From a virus (lineage: Duplodnaviria > Caudoviricetes): a stretch of 64,000 nt of DNA. Position 1 is the first letter of the stretch; the number at the start of each line of letters is the position of its first letter. The DNA lies in IMG/VR virus record IMGVR_UViG_3300030330_006022, positions 1-64,000 of that record; one strand, written 5' to 3'. The notes under the pieces are model-generated. The model did no database searches. It worked only from the letters and a program-made list of their open reading frames with translations, and had not been told where the DNA came from. The translations under genes were made by a program, and so were the position numbers. Of the stretch, positions 42,083-52,972 are shown one piece after another.

Positions 42083-45000
42083 ATGAACAAAAAAGCTATC
42101 TTAAAAGAACTGGTGAAAGACCCAGAAATAAAAAACTTATTTAATATGGGATTTTCTCGATCCATCGTAAACAAACTTATCATTGAAAGTTTAATGAAAG
42201 AAGACGCTCCTGATTATCCGGATAAGATAAAGAATACAATAACACAACTAAATCGTGATCTGAAACAAGTTGAATTGACCCTTAACGTAGAAGTAAGGGG
42301 TTCTCCAGATGACTCAGAAATACAAATAAAAGCAAAACAAGCTTTAGCCGCTGTTAAAGAGCTCTTTGGTAAATATAGTGAAATGGTTAATCAATATATA
42401 TTAAACAATAAGGGTAAAGAAGAAGATCTAGAAACACAAAATAGTATTAATAATTTAATTCAAAATTTTGAAAACAAACTTCAACAAAAAGTAGAAATTT
42501 CGGATATCGGACCAGCAGAATTGTTTAAATCATTAATTGCCATCAAAGCAGGCCCTGGTAGCACATTTGGACAAAATGATTACGATGTACTAATGCGGTC
42601 TTTTGACACTACAAAACTTTTAGTAGACGCAATATATAAGCATAGACACGGAGACGATGATCCATTTGCAGAATTAAAACAAAAGTATGATGATTCTGAT
42701 TTTATGAAAGCTGTACCACCAACAGAACAAGCTACTGTATACAAGTTTTTGCAAATTCTTAAAAAAGAAAACTTGATCAACGAATCTATTGGAGATATTG
42801 TCACCACGCTTAATTTAGATAAGAAAGGGCTAACAAAAGCATTCGCACAGTTAGAGAAAGATGAACAAGCAATAATTAGACGATTATTAGGTGAAAAATC
42901 TGAACTTTTTATCAATATGTTACGGTCGGAAGAACCAGGAACAGGTGAAGACTCTGAAGAAATGCCACCAGAGGTTTTAGCATTTTTACAAGATATAGCT
43001 GATTTTATTATAAAAAGTAAATTAAAAGAATTAAATCCTGAGAAAATTAAAGATGCCGATGAAGAAGTTATAAAAAAAGCATTAAAACAAGTTGGAACTC
43101 TTGATGATGATAAAGGAACTGTGTCTAAAAAAGACTTTGATTTAGCTGATGAAACTCCTGATTCTGTTAAAAAAGGCTTGTTAGACAGAGCAGCGAAACT
43201 TGGTCTTAGTGAAAATATTGTCTTAAATGAAGCACCAGAATTTTACGAAAAATTTCTAGAAGCTGGAAAAAACGATCCAGATTTTAAAGGTCATTTTCCA
43301 ACATCTGAGCAAATGCAAAGTTTTTCTTCCATGGAAGGCGAAAAAGCAGAAAAAATTGGATCTTATTTTAAAGATGATACCAGTGTAACAGCTGCAATTG
43401 AAAAAATAAAACAATTAATGAATCCAGAGGGAGAGCTTAGAATAGACCCCTCTTTGATATCAGGCGCAGAGGAAGATGAAATTGTAGATGAAACTGACTC
43501 AATAACAAAACAAACAGCTGTTGAAGCATATACAAAAGCTGGCAAGGAAGGAGGAAAAACCTTTCGCAATACCCTGATCAAATTTTTTGATGAGTTTATG
43601 ACAACTAGATATATTAGTGATCAAACACAAATATTTAATGATTTTTTGGACTCCATCGAAACTTTTAAAAAACGACTCACAACATCAAAATTAAGAGCTC
43701 AAAATGAAAGTTTAATAAAAGAAAACACAACCCAAGAATATTCTAACAAAGAAGTATCGGAGATTAAAAAAGCTGAATTAAATTTTCTCAAATCAATGAA
43801 ATTGATTACAGATGAACTTGACAGATTAGATAAAAATGGACAATCAGTTCTTGCTAGTGCTCAAAAAAGATTTATAATGAAACAAGCAGAAACAATGCAG
43901 AATGAAATTGAAACTTTATTTAATTTAGTAGCCGGCGCAACTGTTGATACACTAAAAGAAGAAAAAACAGTTTTTAAAACAAGAAAAGATAAGGTGCAAT
44001 TTGTTAAAAATGTTTTTAACTCGCTAGAGCCAAGACTTCAAAAATTTGATGAATTGATGACAAGTTTTGAAAACGCACCTGGTGATGAAGAAGTTCAACT
44101 AGAAGATATATTTTCTTCTCTTGACTTTTTTGATGCTAACTTAAAAAAACTAAAACCTCTATTTGATACTAAAAACACTTACTTCACTAAAAATAAAATA
44201 AAAATTGAAGATTTATCTAATTTGTTACAACAAATGAAAAGAGCATTTGTGTTAGTCTATAAAACACTAAAACCAACAACTGAAGATGGAGAAATTACAG
44301 AAGAAACAAGAGAAAAAGTTTTAGAAAAATTAAAAAGAATATCTACTGCTATCGCTAAATATATTGGACCTGTAAGTAAAATAGGTACCACAGAAATACC
44401 AGAAATACCAGCCGACAAAGAAGCAGATGCTGAAGAGGGTGAGGACGAAATTCCCAAAGCTGGAGAAAAATATGAAGTTATTGGCGAAAACGGTGGTAAT
44501 TTAGATTCAGAATTGCCGAAAGGAAGTGTAATTCAAATTATTGAAATTGAAAAGATTGAAGATACCACCACTGCTAATGATTATGCTATTAAGTATAAGA
44601 AACTCGGAGAAGATGGATACGATGGAGATGGTAATATTTCCATCGAAGACTTTTTTAAAATATTTAAAAAAGTTGAAGGCGAAGAAGACGATACTCCACC
44701 AGGATTGCCTAAAGTTGGTGAGAAATATAAAGCTTTAAGAAAAATTTCTGAGGATTTAGATGAAGGTGAAGTTATGGAGATTACCAATGTTGAACTCAAA
44801 TCTAATGATGCTGGAACTAAGAAGTTTTATAAAATATCTTATACAACACCATCCGGTAAATTAGAGCTAGATGCTTTTCTTGAAGACGACCTTGAGAGAT
44901 TCTTAAGAAAATTTGAAAAAGTTGAAGGCGATGAGGAAGCAGATGTAAGTCCAGAAGAAGTCGATGAGAAACTAACTGAAATAGCAAAAACAATAATCAG

Positions 45001-45997
45001 AAGAAATATTGAGGAGATAGGTAGTATAGTTAAAGACATTACAACAACAAAAAGCATTAGAGATGAAGAAAAAGCTAGAGAAAAAGTACAAAGAACTTTT
45101 GCACAAAGTCAGAAGTTTAATCAATTTGCTCGAGAAATAGTTGTTGATGAAGAGGTGCTTCAAAGACCAGAAAATATTAAAAGTTTTTTAGCTGATTTGG
45201 ATGCTCCTTACGACCAAGATGCTGCTGGTCTTGTGCTAAGTAAGTTAGAAGAACTTGTGTTTAAAATATCAGACAAAAGAAAAACCCAAAGTGTAAGCCC
45301 AGATGATTTAAAACAATTAGTAGATTCAAAAATAGGAAAAGCTTTTATAAGTGATGCCAACCTAACACTATTAGCAAAAGCGTTTTATAAAAATCCTGCG
45401 GATTCTTTATCTAAATTAAAAAGTGCTGTTAATAGTGAAACTAAAACTTCACTTCCTCCAAATCCGGACAACTTTGACCAAGAAGAATTTGAACAATTAG
45501 TAAAAACAAAATTACTAATTGGAGGAATTAAAGAAGATAAAGACCCAAGCAAACAAGACGACGAACTTTATGATGCAGTAGATTCAATACAAGAAAGATT
45601 AAAAGCCTTTAGAGACCAAGTATCAAAAATGAAAAAGTGGAGCATTCAATCCAACAAAAGAGAAATATTTATACTTTTTTATACTGTAGCAGAGTTATTT
45701 AAAAGTTTTAGATTTATTAAAAAACACCTAGATGCTAACAACCCTAAAAAAGCAAAAGCAAAAGCATTTGATCTTTTTACCGTATCTAAAGGTTTAGCTA
45801 CGCCAACTAGCTCATTTGATAAAAATGCTCCTCTATTAGTTTCTTACAACCCAGCAATTTCTGGGTTTATAAGCCCAAAAGAACAAGAAGAGGCTCCAAA
45901 AACACCAAAGAAAGAACAAATTGAAAAAAAATTAGAAGTCATAATCGAACGGTTTATAAACCAAAGGAAGCAACAATGGCGAAAAAGAACTATGTGA
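42083..45997 (+). CDS. large acidic helical protein (1304 aa), probable internal virion protein
   Basis: long ORF; recurring INE/LNE/LKE/IKE motifs; two 83-aa internal repeats. Confidence 0.65.
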   Translation: MNKKAILKELVKDPEIKNLFNMGFSRSIVNKLIIESLMKEDAPDYPDKIKNTITQLNRDLKQVELTLNVEVRGSPDDSEIQIKAKQALAAVKELFGKYSEMVNQYILNNKGKEEDLETQNSINNLIQNFENKLQQKVEISDIGPAELFKSLIAIKAGPGSTFGQNDYDVLMRSFDTTKLLVDAIYKHRHGDDDPFAELKQKYDDSDFMKAVPPTEQATVYKFLQILKKENLINESIGDIVTTLNLDKKGLTKAFAQLEKDEQAIIRRLLGEKSELFINMLRSEEPGTGEDSEEMPPEVLAFLQDIADFIIKSKLKELNPEKIKDADEEVIKKALKQVGTLDDDKGTVSKKDFDLADETPDSVKKGLLDRAAKLGLSENIVLNEAPEFYEKFLEAGKNDPDFKGHFPTSEQMQSFSSMEGEKAEKIGSYFKDDTSVTAAIEKIKQLMNPEGELRIDPSLISGAEEDEIVDETDSITKQTAVEAYTKAGKEGGKTFRNTLIKFFDEFMTTRYISDQTQIFNDFLDSIETFKKRLTTSKLRAQNESLIKENTTQEYSNKEVSEIKKAELNFLKSMKLITDELDRLDKNGQSVLASAQKRFIMKQAETMQNEIETLFNLVAGATVDTLKEEKTVFKTRKDKVQFVKNVFNSLEPRLQKFDELMTSFENAPGDEEVQLEDIFSSLDFFDANLKKLKPLFDTKNTYFTKNKIKIEDLSNLLQQMKRAFVLVYKTLKPTTEDGEITEETREKVLEKLKRISTAIAKYIGPVSKIGTTEIPEIPADKEADAEEGEDEIPKAGEKYEVIGENGGNLDSELPKGSVIQIIEIEKIEDTTTANDYAIKYKKLGEDGYDGDGNISIEDFFKIFKKVEGEEDDTPPGLPKVGEKYKALRKISEDLDEGEVMEITNVELKSNDAGTKKFYKISYTTPSGKLELDAFLEDDLERFLRKFEKVEGDEEADVSPEEVDEKLTEIAKTIIRRNIEEIGSIVKDITTTKSIRDEEKAREKVQRTFAQSQKFNQFAREIVVDEEVLQRPENIKSFLADLDAPYDQDAAGLVLSKLEELVFKISDKRKTQSVSPDDLKQLVDSKIGKAFISDANLTLLAKAFYKNPADSLSKLKSAVNSETKTSLPPNPDNFDQEEFEQLVKTKLLIGGIKEDKDPSKQDDELYDAVDSIQERLKAFRDQVSKMKKWSIQSNKREIFILFYTVAELFKSFRFIKKHLDANNPKKAKAKAFDLFTVSKGLATPTSSFDKNAPLLVSYNPAISGFISPKEQEEAPKTPKKEQIEKKLEVIIERFINQRKQQWRKRTM

Positions 45998-47313
45998 TCG
46001 ATACATCGGTCTTCCTAACAGATAGCTCCTGTCTGTTTAAGTTCGGCAACAATGATTTATTTATTGCCCATAAAGTTTTAGAAGAAATTGATAAACACAA
46101 AAAACGTCAAGACTCCGTTGGATTTCATGCAAGACATACAATAAAAGTGCTTGATGAATTACGCGAAAAGGGCTCTTTAAGCAAAGGACTTCGTCTTGGT
46201 AAGGGAATGGGTATCTTGAAGGTTGAAGAGGCTTCTAGACCCCTTCCTGGCTCTTTATCAATGCGTGTTCCTGATCATCAAATACTTGGTGTTGCTCTTG
46301 CTGTCCAAGAAGCTTATCCAAAGAGAAAAACTGTTGTTTTATCTCGAGACATAAACATGAGAGTCATAGCTGATTCTTGTGGTTTATTATCCGAAGATTA
46401 CGAAACAGAAAAGGTAATTGAAGATATTGAAAAGATATATACTGGTTTTCTTGAGATAGTTGTAGATGATGAACTAATAGAGCAATTTTATGATGACGAA
46501 GAAGTGTATTTTGATGAATTATTTCAAAAAGAGCACAAAGTAAAGTTATACCCAAATCAATTTCTTATTCTTATTTCTTCTTCAAACCCAAAAAAGTCTG
46601 CTTTGGCAAGATTTGTTTTAGATGAAAAGCCAATTGAAAAAATAAGAGATGATGTTAGCAATCTAACTATGGGAATTTTTCCAAGAAACAAAGAACAAAA
46701 GTTTTCTTATGATTTATTATTTGATGAATCAATTAAATTTGTTTCTCTTATTGGTAAAGCTGGATCTGGTAAGACACTTATGGCAATTGCTGCTGGTATG
46801 GAACAAACTCTTTCCCTTAAAACGTCTAACAATAAATACAGAAAAATTGTTGTATCTCGACCTGTACAGCCTCTTGGGAAAGACATTGGTTTCCTACCTG
46901 GGACGATGCACGAAAAGATGATGCCATGGTTGATGCCAATTCAAGACAATCTGGAAACAATTATGGGAGAAGATAAGACTTATCTCAATGAGTATGTTGA
47001 AAGAGGTAAGATACAAATTGAAGCTCTTACTTACATACGTGGTCGATCAATAAATAATGCGTTTATCGTTATTGATGAAGCTCAAAACTTAACAGCTCAT
47101 GAAGTTAAAACTATCCTTACTCGTGTTGGAGAAAATACTAAAATTGTACTAACTGGTGACATTGAACAAATAGATAATATCTACACAAATGAAACATCAA
47201 ATGGTTTAACATATGCTGTGGAAAAATTTAAATCCCAAGATATATCAGGGCATATAACATTCCTTAAAGGTGAACGTTCGAGACTAGCAACAATTTCTTC
47301 AAAAATTCTTTAG
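45976..47313 (+). CDS. phoH: PhoH-family ATPase with N-terminal PIN domain
   Basis: YVIDTSV PIN; GKAGSGKT, IGFLPG, YIRGRS, IDEAQN, LTGDIEQID. Confidence 0.93.
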   Translation: MAKKNYVIDTSVFLTDSSCLFKFGNNDLFIAHKVLEEIDKHKKRQDSVGFHARHTIKVLDELREKGSLSKGLRLGKGMGILKVEEASRPLPGSLSMRVPDHQILGVALAVQEAYPKRKTVVLSRDINMRVIADSCGLLSEDYETEKVIEDIEKIYTGFLEIVVDDELIEQFYDDEEVYFDELFQKEHKVKLYPNQFLILISSSNPKKSALARFVLDEKPIEKIRDDVSNLTMGIFPRNKEQKFSYDLLFDESIKFVSLIGKAGSGKTLMAIAAGMEQTLSLKTSNNKYRKIVVSRPVQPLGKDIGFLPGTMHEKMMPWLMPIQDNLETIMGEDKTYLNEYVERGKIQIEALTYIRGRSINNAFIVIDEAQNLTAHEVKTILTRVGENTKIVLTGDIEQIDNIYTNETSNGLTYAVEKFKSQDISGHITFLKGERSRLATISSKIL

Positions 47314-47340
47314 TTTGACAAAAAAGATTCTATTTATGCC

Positions 47341-47369
47341 TTGACAAATTTATTCTATCGTGTTATAAT
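47341..47369 (+). promoter_or_regulatory. sigma70-type promoter
   Basis: TTGACA-N17-TATAAT. Confidence 0.8.
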
Positions 47370-47392
47370 TATATTACTACTTTGGAGAATAA

Positions 47393-48064
47393 ATGAACTG
47401 GTTAGAAGAATCTATTAAAAGATCAAAAAAACTAAAGGATCATTACATGCTAAGGGGAATTGACATATATGTTAAAGACCAACTACCTCAAGATATTGAT
47501 GTAGACTTTGTTATAAAGTATGTTGCAAAAAGATTACCTGACCACGTTTTGTCTAATATAGATATTATTTATATTGGACACTTTCAAGATCTTATAGATC
47601 GTGACATTAATGCTTTATGGCAAAATGGAGCAATCTATATCACTAATGATCAAGATAATGAAATGGATATGATTGACGATCTAATTCATGAAATAGCTCA
47701 CTCAAATGAAAAACAATTTGAACGTATAATATATGAAGACGGAAAACTTGAAAAAGAGTTTTTATATAGACGTAAAAAAATTGCTCAAATTCTTGTTGAA
47801 AAGGGTTATGGAGTCCCCACTGGTTTTATATATGATATTTCTTACAATAAAGATATTGATGATTTTTTGTATGAGAAAGTTACATATGATGTTTTGTGGC
47901 AAATAATTCCAGGAATCTTTCCTTCACCTTATGCCGTTACTTCTATAAGAGAATATTGGGCTAAAGGGTTTGAACAGTTTTATATGGGTGACGGTGCTGA
48001 TCTTAAAGAAACTTCACCAGTCTTATTTTCCAAGTTAATGCAGTTAAATGACTTGGAGGATTAA
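47393..48064 (+). CDS. HEXXH zincin-like protein
   Basis: LIHEIAH and downstream EYWAKGFE. Confidence 0.65.
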   Translation: MNWLEESIKRSKKLKDHYMLRGIDIYVKDQLPQDIDVDFVIKYVAKRLPDHVLSNIDIIYIGHFQDLIDRDINALWQNGAIYITNDQDNEMDMIDDLIHEIAHSNEKQFERIIYEDGKLEKEFLYRRKKIAQILVEKGYGVPTGFIYDISYNKDIDDFLYEKVTYDVLWQIIPGIFPSPYAVTSIREYWAKGFEQFYMGDGADLKETSPVLFSKLMQLNDLED

Positions 48065-48837
48065 TGCATATATCATATTCAGAACTTAAAACATGGGCAG
48101 AGTGCGCATGGAAACACAAACTTATATATATTGACAGAGTCAATAAATTTGTTGGAAACGAATACACAGCTTTTGGTAGAGCTTTGCACCTTTTGTGTGA
48201 ACATGCCATAGAAGATAAAATACAAGAAGAAGATTACGATGATTTTTGGGATATAGCTTTTGAAAAAGAAATAATGGATCTTTTAAAAAAGAATGTTGAC
48301 TTAGAGCAAAATATTATAGATATCATGTCCAACCAAGCAAAACGAATATCACCTCAAATAATTCCACAGGTTATAAAAAAGTTTCAGAATTATGAAGTGT
48401 TTTCAGTTGAAGAAAAGCTATATCTTGATATCCCTGAACTTGAAGATTGTAAATTTAAAGGTTTTATAGACCTTGTATTGAAAACAGATGATGGCAAATA
48501 TCATGTTATTGATTGGAAAACATGTTCTTGGGGTTGGGATGCAAAAAAACGCTCTGACAAATATGTAACATATCAATTAACACTTTACAAAAAATTCTTT
48601 TGTTTAAAGCACAATATAGATCCAAAATTAGTTGAGACACATTTTGCCTTACTAAAAAGAACAGCAAAAAAAGATAACGTTGAAATTTTTCGTGTCACTT
48701 CAGGTCCTCGCAAAGTCCAAAATGCTACTGATCTTCTAGTAAAGGCAGTAAGGTCAATATTTAACAAAGCACATTTTAAAAACAGAGGGTCTTGTTCTTA
48801 TTGTGAATTCAACAACACAGAACACTGTCCTAGATAA
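48064..48837 (+). CDS. PD-(D/E)XK nuclease, Cas4/RecB-like with putative Fe-S cysteines
   Basis: ISYS..C, G.ALH, KGFIDL, IDWKT, QL.LY, CSYC.....C. Confidence 0.85.
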   Translation: MHISYSELKTWAECAWKHKLIYIDRVNKFVGNEYTAFGRALHLLCEHAIEDKIQEEDYDDFWDIAFEKEIMDLLKKNVDLEQNIIDIMSNQAKRISPQIIPQVIKKFQNYEVFSVEEKLYLDIPELEDCKFKGFIDLVLKTDDGKYHVIDWKTCSWGWDAKKRSDKYVTYQLTLYKKFFCLKHNIDPKLVETHFALLKRTAKKDNVEIFRVTSGPRKVQNATDLLVKAVRSIFNKAHFKNRGSCSYCEFNNTEHCPR

Positions 48838-48861
48838 AAATAAAAAAAAATAAAAAAAAAC

Positions 48862-48890
48862 TTGACAAAGCAAAACCAACGTGTTATAAT
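48862..48890 (+). promoter_or_regulatory. sigma70-type promoter for the glycan cluster
   Basis: TTGACA-N17-TATAAT. Confidence 0.8.
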
Positions 48891-48912
48891 AGTAATAAAA
48901 AAGAGGTGACCT

Positions 48913-50157
48913 TTGTCAAAAATAAAAATATTAACACTTTCCGACCACCCTCTATCACCTTCCGGCGTTGGAACTCAAACGAAGTATTTCTGTGAGTCCC
49001 TACTTAAGACCGGAAGGTATTCTATTGTATCATTGGGTGGCGCAATAAAACATCAAAACTACAATCCAATACAAGTAGATCCATATGGAGAAGATTGGAA
49101 AATAGTTCCTGTTGATGGTTACGGAACACAAGAAATGATACGATCAGTAATCAAAACCGAAGGTATTGATTTGCTTTGGTTTATGACCGACCCCCGATTC
49201 TGGGGCTGGCTATGGGAGATAGAAAATGAAATTAGACCGCTTTGTCCAATGGTTTATCATCATGTTTGGGACAATTTTCCTGCACCTTACTTTAATAGGG
49301 ATTTTTACTTATCTAACGATCACATTGTCACTATTTCTAAAGTTACTCATGAAATTGTTAAACAAGTAGCACCAGAGATTTCATCAACATATTTACCACA
49401 CTCAGTGAATCCAGATATATTTAAACCTTTAGCTGATAAGCAAATTGAAGAAATAAGAACATCTTCTCTTCAAGAAGAAGATCGGTCTAAAGTTATTTTC
49501 TTTTGGAACAACAGAAATGCTAGAAGAAAACAATCGGGAACTCTTGTTTGGTGGTTTAAGGAATGGCTAGATAAAGAAAATCTTCATGATAAAGCCCAGC
49601 TAATTATGCATACAGAACCTAAAGATCCTCACGGACAAGACTTAGAGCACATAATTAGCCACCTAGGTCTACATAACAGACAAGTAATGTTATCAACTAA
49701 AAAAATAGCTCCTGAACATTTGGGTCATCTATATAATATGGTAGATTGCACTATAAACATTTCAGATGCTGAAGGTTTTGGATTAGCCACACTAGAGTCG
49801 CTTTCTTGTGGAACTCCAATTATAGCCACAATGACCGGTGGTCTTCAAGAACAGGTCACGGATGGAAATGAAGAATTTGGTGTTGGATTATTTCCAAGAG
49901 CTAAAGCCATTATTGGTTCTCAACAAGTTCCTTATATTTATGAAGATAGGGTTGATAAAGCACAATTTCACTCCGCTTTATCAAAAATCTACAAAATGGG
50001 CAAAGAAGAAAGACAAAGACTTGGATCTTTAGGTAGACAACATGTTGAGAAAAATTATAATTTCAACAAATTACAACACAAGTGGGTAGGAATAATAGAC
50101 AAAATTATTGAAGAAAGAGGTTCATATAATGGAATTAGATTTAAGGAGGTTGCGTAA
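48913..50157 (+). CDS. glycosyltransferase, GT4-like
   Basis: NRNARRKQ, EGFGLATLESLSCGTP. Confidence 0.88.
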   Translation: MSKIKILTLSDHPLSPSGVGTQTKYFCESLLKTGRYSIVSLGGAIKHQNYNPIQVDPYGEDWKIVPVDGYGTQEMIRSVIKTEGIDLLWFMTDPRFWGWLWEIENEIRPLCPMVYHHVWDNFPAPYFNRDFYLSNDHIVTISKVTHEIVKQVAPEISSTYLPHSVNPDIFKPLADKQIEEIRTSSLQEEDRSKVIFFWNNRNARRKQSGTLVWWFKEWLDKENLHDKAQLIMHTEPKDPHGQDLEHIISHLGLHNRQVMLSTKKIAPEHLGHLYNMVDCTINISDAEGFGLATLESLSCGTPIIATMTGGLQEQVTDGNEEFGVGLFPRAKAIIGSQQVPYIYEDRVDKAQFHSALSKIYKMGKEERQRLGSLGRQHVEKNYNFNKLQHKWVGIIDKIIEERGSYNGIRFKEVA

Positions 50158-51401
50158 TGAAAAAAAAGATATATGTTAGAGGTCCCGTGTTATCACAATC
50201 AGGATATGGTGAACAGTCACGTTTTGCCCTGAGAGCCTTAAAGAGTAGAGAAGATCTATTTGATATTTATATTCAACCAATACCATGGGGTAAGACTGGC
50301 TGGATCTGGGAAGATACAGAGTTTCGAAGATGGATGGATCAAAGAATAACGCAAACCCAAGTCTTGTTACAACAAAAGCAATTGAGTCCTGATATAAGTT
50401 TGCAAATTACAATACCAAACGAATTTGAGAAAATAGCTCCAATCAACATAGGCTATACAGCTGGTATAGAAACTAACAAGTGCTCCCCTCAATGGCTACC
50501 TAAGTGTAATGATATGGATAAAGTACTGGTTGTTTCAGAACACGCAAAATCCTCTATAGTGAATACAGTAGCAACAGCTACCAATAATAATACTGGAGAA
50601 TCTTTTGATTATAAATGTGAAACTCCTGTAGAAGTTGTATGGGAAAATACAGTAAGATCAGAACCAGAAGAAATACCAGGCTTTGATCTAGAATTTGATA
50701 AAAACTTTTTAGTAGTTTCGCAACTTGGCCCTAGAAAGAATTTTGAAAATACTGTATGTTGGTTTGTTGAAGAATTTATTGATCAAGAAGTTGGATTGGT
50801 TGTAAAGACTAATTTTAAAGGAAACTCAATTGGAGATTTTACACAAGTAGAAAAACACCTTAAGTCTCTTCTTGGACGATATCAAAATCGTAAGTGTAAA
50901 GTTTATCTACTTCATGGGGATCTTAATCCTGGTCAAATGACCTCTTTGTATTCTAATTCTAAAATCACAGCTTTAGTAAATATTTCTCATGGCGAAGGTT
51001 TTGGCTTACCTATATATGAAGCAGCAAGAGAAAGTCTACCTATAATTACATGTGGCTGGTCTGGTCAACTAGATATCCTACATCATGGAGAGAAAGGGTA
51101 TTTTAAATCTGTTGATTATACATTAAGACCAGTACAACAACAAGCAAGGTGGAATGGTGTGATTGAAGAAGATGCTATGTGGGCTTTTGCCGATCAAGGA
51201 TCTTACAAAATGGCACTAAGGTATGTAGCAAAAAATAAAAGTGAATTGAAAGAACAATCAGCTAAATTAAAAGATTTAGTGTTGGAAAAATTTTCTGATG
51301 AAAAGTTGTTTGATTTATTCTGTAAATCAATAGTTGAAGAAGAAATGGATATTGACTCTTGGCTAGAAGAATTAGAATCAGGTATGGTAGAAAGTGAATA
51401 A
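50157..51401 (+). CDS. glycosyltransferase, GT4-like
   Basis: SGYG, RKN, GEGFGLPIYEAA. Confidence 0.88.
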   Translation: MKKKIYVRGPVLSQSGYGEQSRFALRALKSREDLFDIYIQPIPWGKTGWIWEDTEFRRWMDQRITQTQVLLQQKQLSPDISLQITIPNEFEKIAPINIGYTAGIETNKCSPQWLPKCNDMDKVLVVSEHAKSSIVNTVATATNNNTGESFDYKCETPVEVVWENTVRSEPEEIPGFDLEFDKNFLVVSQLGPRKNFENTVCWFVEEFIDQEVGLVVKTNFKGNSIGDFTQVEKHLKSLLGRYQNRKCKVYLLHGDLNPGQMTSLYSNSKITALVNISHGEGFGLPIYEAARESLPIITCGWSGQLDILHHGEKGYFKSVDYTLRPVQQQARWNGVIEEDAMWAFADQGSYKMALRYVAKNKSELKEQSAKLKDLVLEKFSDEKLFDLFCKSIVEEEMDIDSWLEELESGMVESE

Positions 51402-52233
51402 AATATATTATTTTTCTGATTTGTTAGTAGAAGATCTGGTTGGCGGTGGTGAACTAAATGACTATGAACTTTGCAGTATGCTTTTAAAAAAAGGATACAA
51501 ACTAACAAGATTAAGAACAAAAGAGATTAAACAAGAACACTTGGACAAAAAATATATTTACATTGTTTCTAATTTTGTAGGCTTAAGACCGGAGTACAAA
51601 GAATACTTAATTAAAAACTGTAAATATATAATTTATGAACACGATCACAAATATCTTGCTTCAAGAAATCCAGCAATATATGAAAATTATCAAGCTCCAG
51701 AAAACAAAATAATCAACAAAAGTTTTTACGAAAACGCACAAATGGTTTTTTGTCAAAGTTCTTTTCATAAAAGCATAATCCAGAAAAATCTACAAATAGA
51801 AAATGTTTATAATGTATCTGGAAACTTATGGTCTATTGATAGTTTAGAAACAATGAGACTTCTGAGTAAAAGGGACAAAAATGATTGTTTCTCTATTTTG
51901 AATTCTATGATAGAACATAAAAACACTAGAGAAGCTGCTTTTTATTGTGATAAAAAAAACTTTAAATATACATTAATATCATCTAGAAATTATCAAGAGT
52001 TTCTTAATATGCTTTCTAGTAATAGTAAGTTTCTTTTTCTTCCTAAAACACCTGAAACTTTATCTAGAGTTGTGGTTGAAGCAATGATGATGAATGTAAA
52101 AGTTGTTACAAATAAAAAAGTAGGCGCATCGTATGAGCCTTGGTTTAATAGAAAAGGAGAAGATTTGATAGACTTTATGTTAAACAAAAGAGAGCATATA
52201 CTTAATAAAGTTTTAGAGGTGTTAGGTGAATAG
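51394..52233 (+). CDS. glycosyltransferase-like (GT-B)
   Basis: GGGE, ETLSRVVVEAMM. Confidence 0.65.
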   Translation: MNKIYYFSDLLVEDLVGGGELNDYELCSMLLKKGYKLTRLRTKEIKQEHLDKKYIYIVSNFVGLRPEYKEYLIKNCKYIIYEHDHKYLASRNPAIYENYQAPENKIINKSFYENAQMVFCQSSFHKSIIQKNLQIENVYNVSGNLWSIDSLETMRLLSKRDKNDCFSILNSMIEHKNTREAAFYCDKKNFKYTLISSRNYQEFLNMLSSNSKFLFLPKTPETLSRVVVEAMMMNVKVVTNKKVGASYEPWFNRKGEDLIDFMLNKREHILNKVLEVLGE

Positions 52234-52972
52234 TCATTTTAAAATAATAGTTCCACTCTACAATGTTCAAGAGTGGATTAAGCTTTGTCTAAGATCTATT
52301 AAAGGTCAAACATATCGTAATTTTGAATGCATAATTATTGATGATATATCAACTGACAACAGTGTAGAAATAATAAAACAAGAGATTGGCAATGATGATA
52401 GATTTAAATTAATTGTAAATACAGAAAAAAAATATGCTTTAAAAAACATACATGATGCGTTAATCGATTGTAACCCTAATGATGAAGATGTTATAGTAAC
52501 AGTAGATGGAGATGATTGGCTAGCGAATAAAGATGTTTTAAAAACATTAAATGAAGTGTATTCTTCTAATAATTGTTGGATGACTTATGGTAGCTATGCC
52601 GAATACCCTTCTAAAACAAGAGGTAAATTTGCTAAACAAATACCACAACAAGTCATAGATAAAAACTTATTTAGAAAACACGAATGGTGCTCTTCTCATT
52701 TAAGAACTTTTAAACACCACTTATGGAAATCTATTAACAAAGAGGATTTAATAAATCCAGAAACAGGCAAGTTTATTAAAGCTGCATGGGACTTGGCTTT
52801 TATGTTTCCAATGTTGGAAATGTGTGGTAATAAATCTTTTTTCATCGATAAGGTACTGTACATTTATAATAGAGGCAATCCTCTAAACGAAGACAAAGTA
52901 AACCACAGCGTTCAATTAAACGAAGAAAGAATTGTCCGCAATAAAGAAGTATATAATAGGATAGAGAATTGA
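52226..52972 (+). CDS. glycosyltransferase family 2
   Basis: IIVPLYN, IIDDISTD, VDGDDW. Confidence 0.9.
   Translation: MNSHFKIIVPLYNVQEWIKLCLRSIKGQTYRNFECIIIDDISTDNSVEIIKQEIGNDDRFKLIVNTEKKYALKNIHDALIDCNPNDEDVIVTVDGDDWLANKDVLKTLNEVYSSNNCWMTYGSYAEYPSKTRGKFAKQIPQQVIDKNLFRKHEWCSSHLRTFKHHLWKSINKEDLINPETGKFIKAAWDLAFMFPMLEMCGNKSFFIDKVLYIYNRGNPLNEDKVNHSVQLNEERIVRNKEVYNRIEN

Noticed and set aside
48064-48837. Cas4 as part of a CRISPR-Cas system
   Set aside because: Solo Cas4/RecB-like nucleases are common in phages; no other cas gene or array is present.
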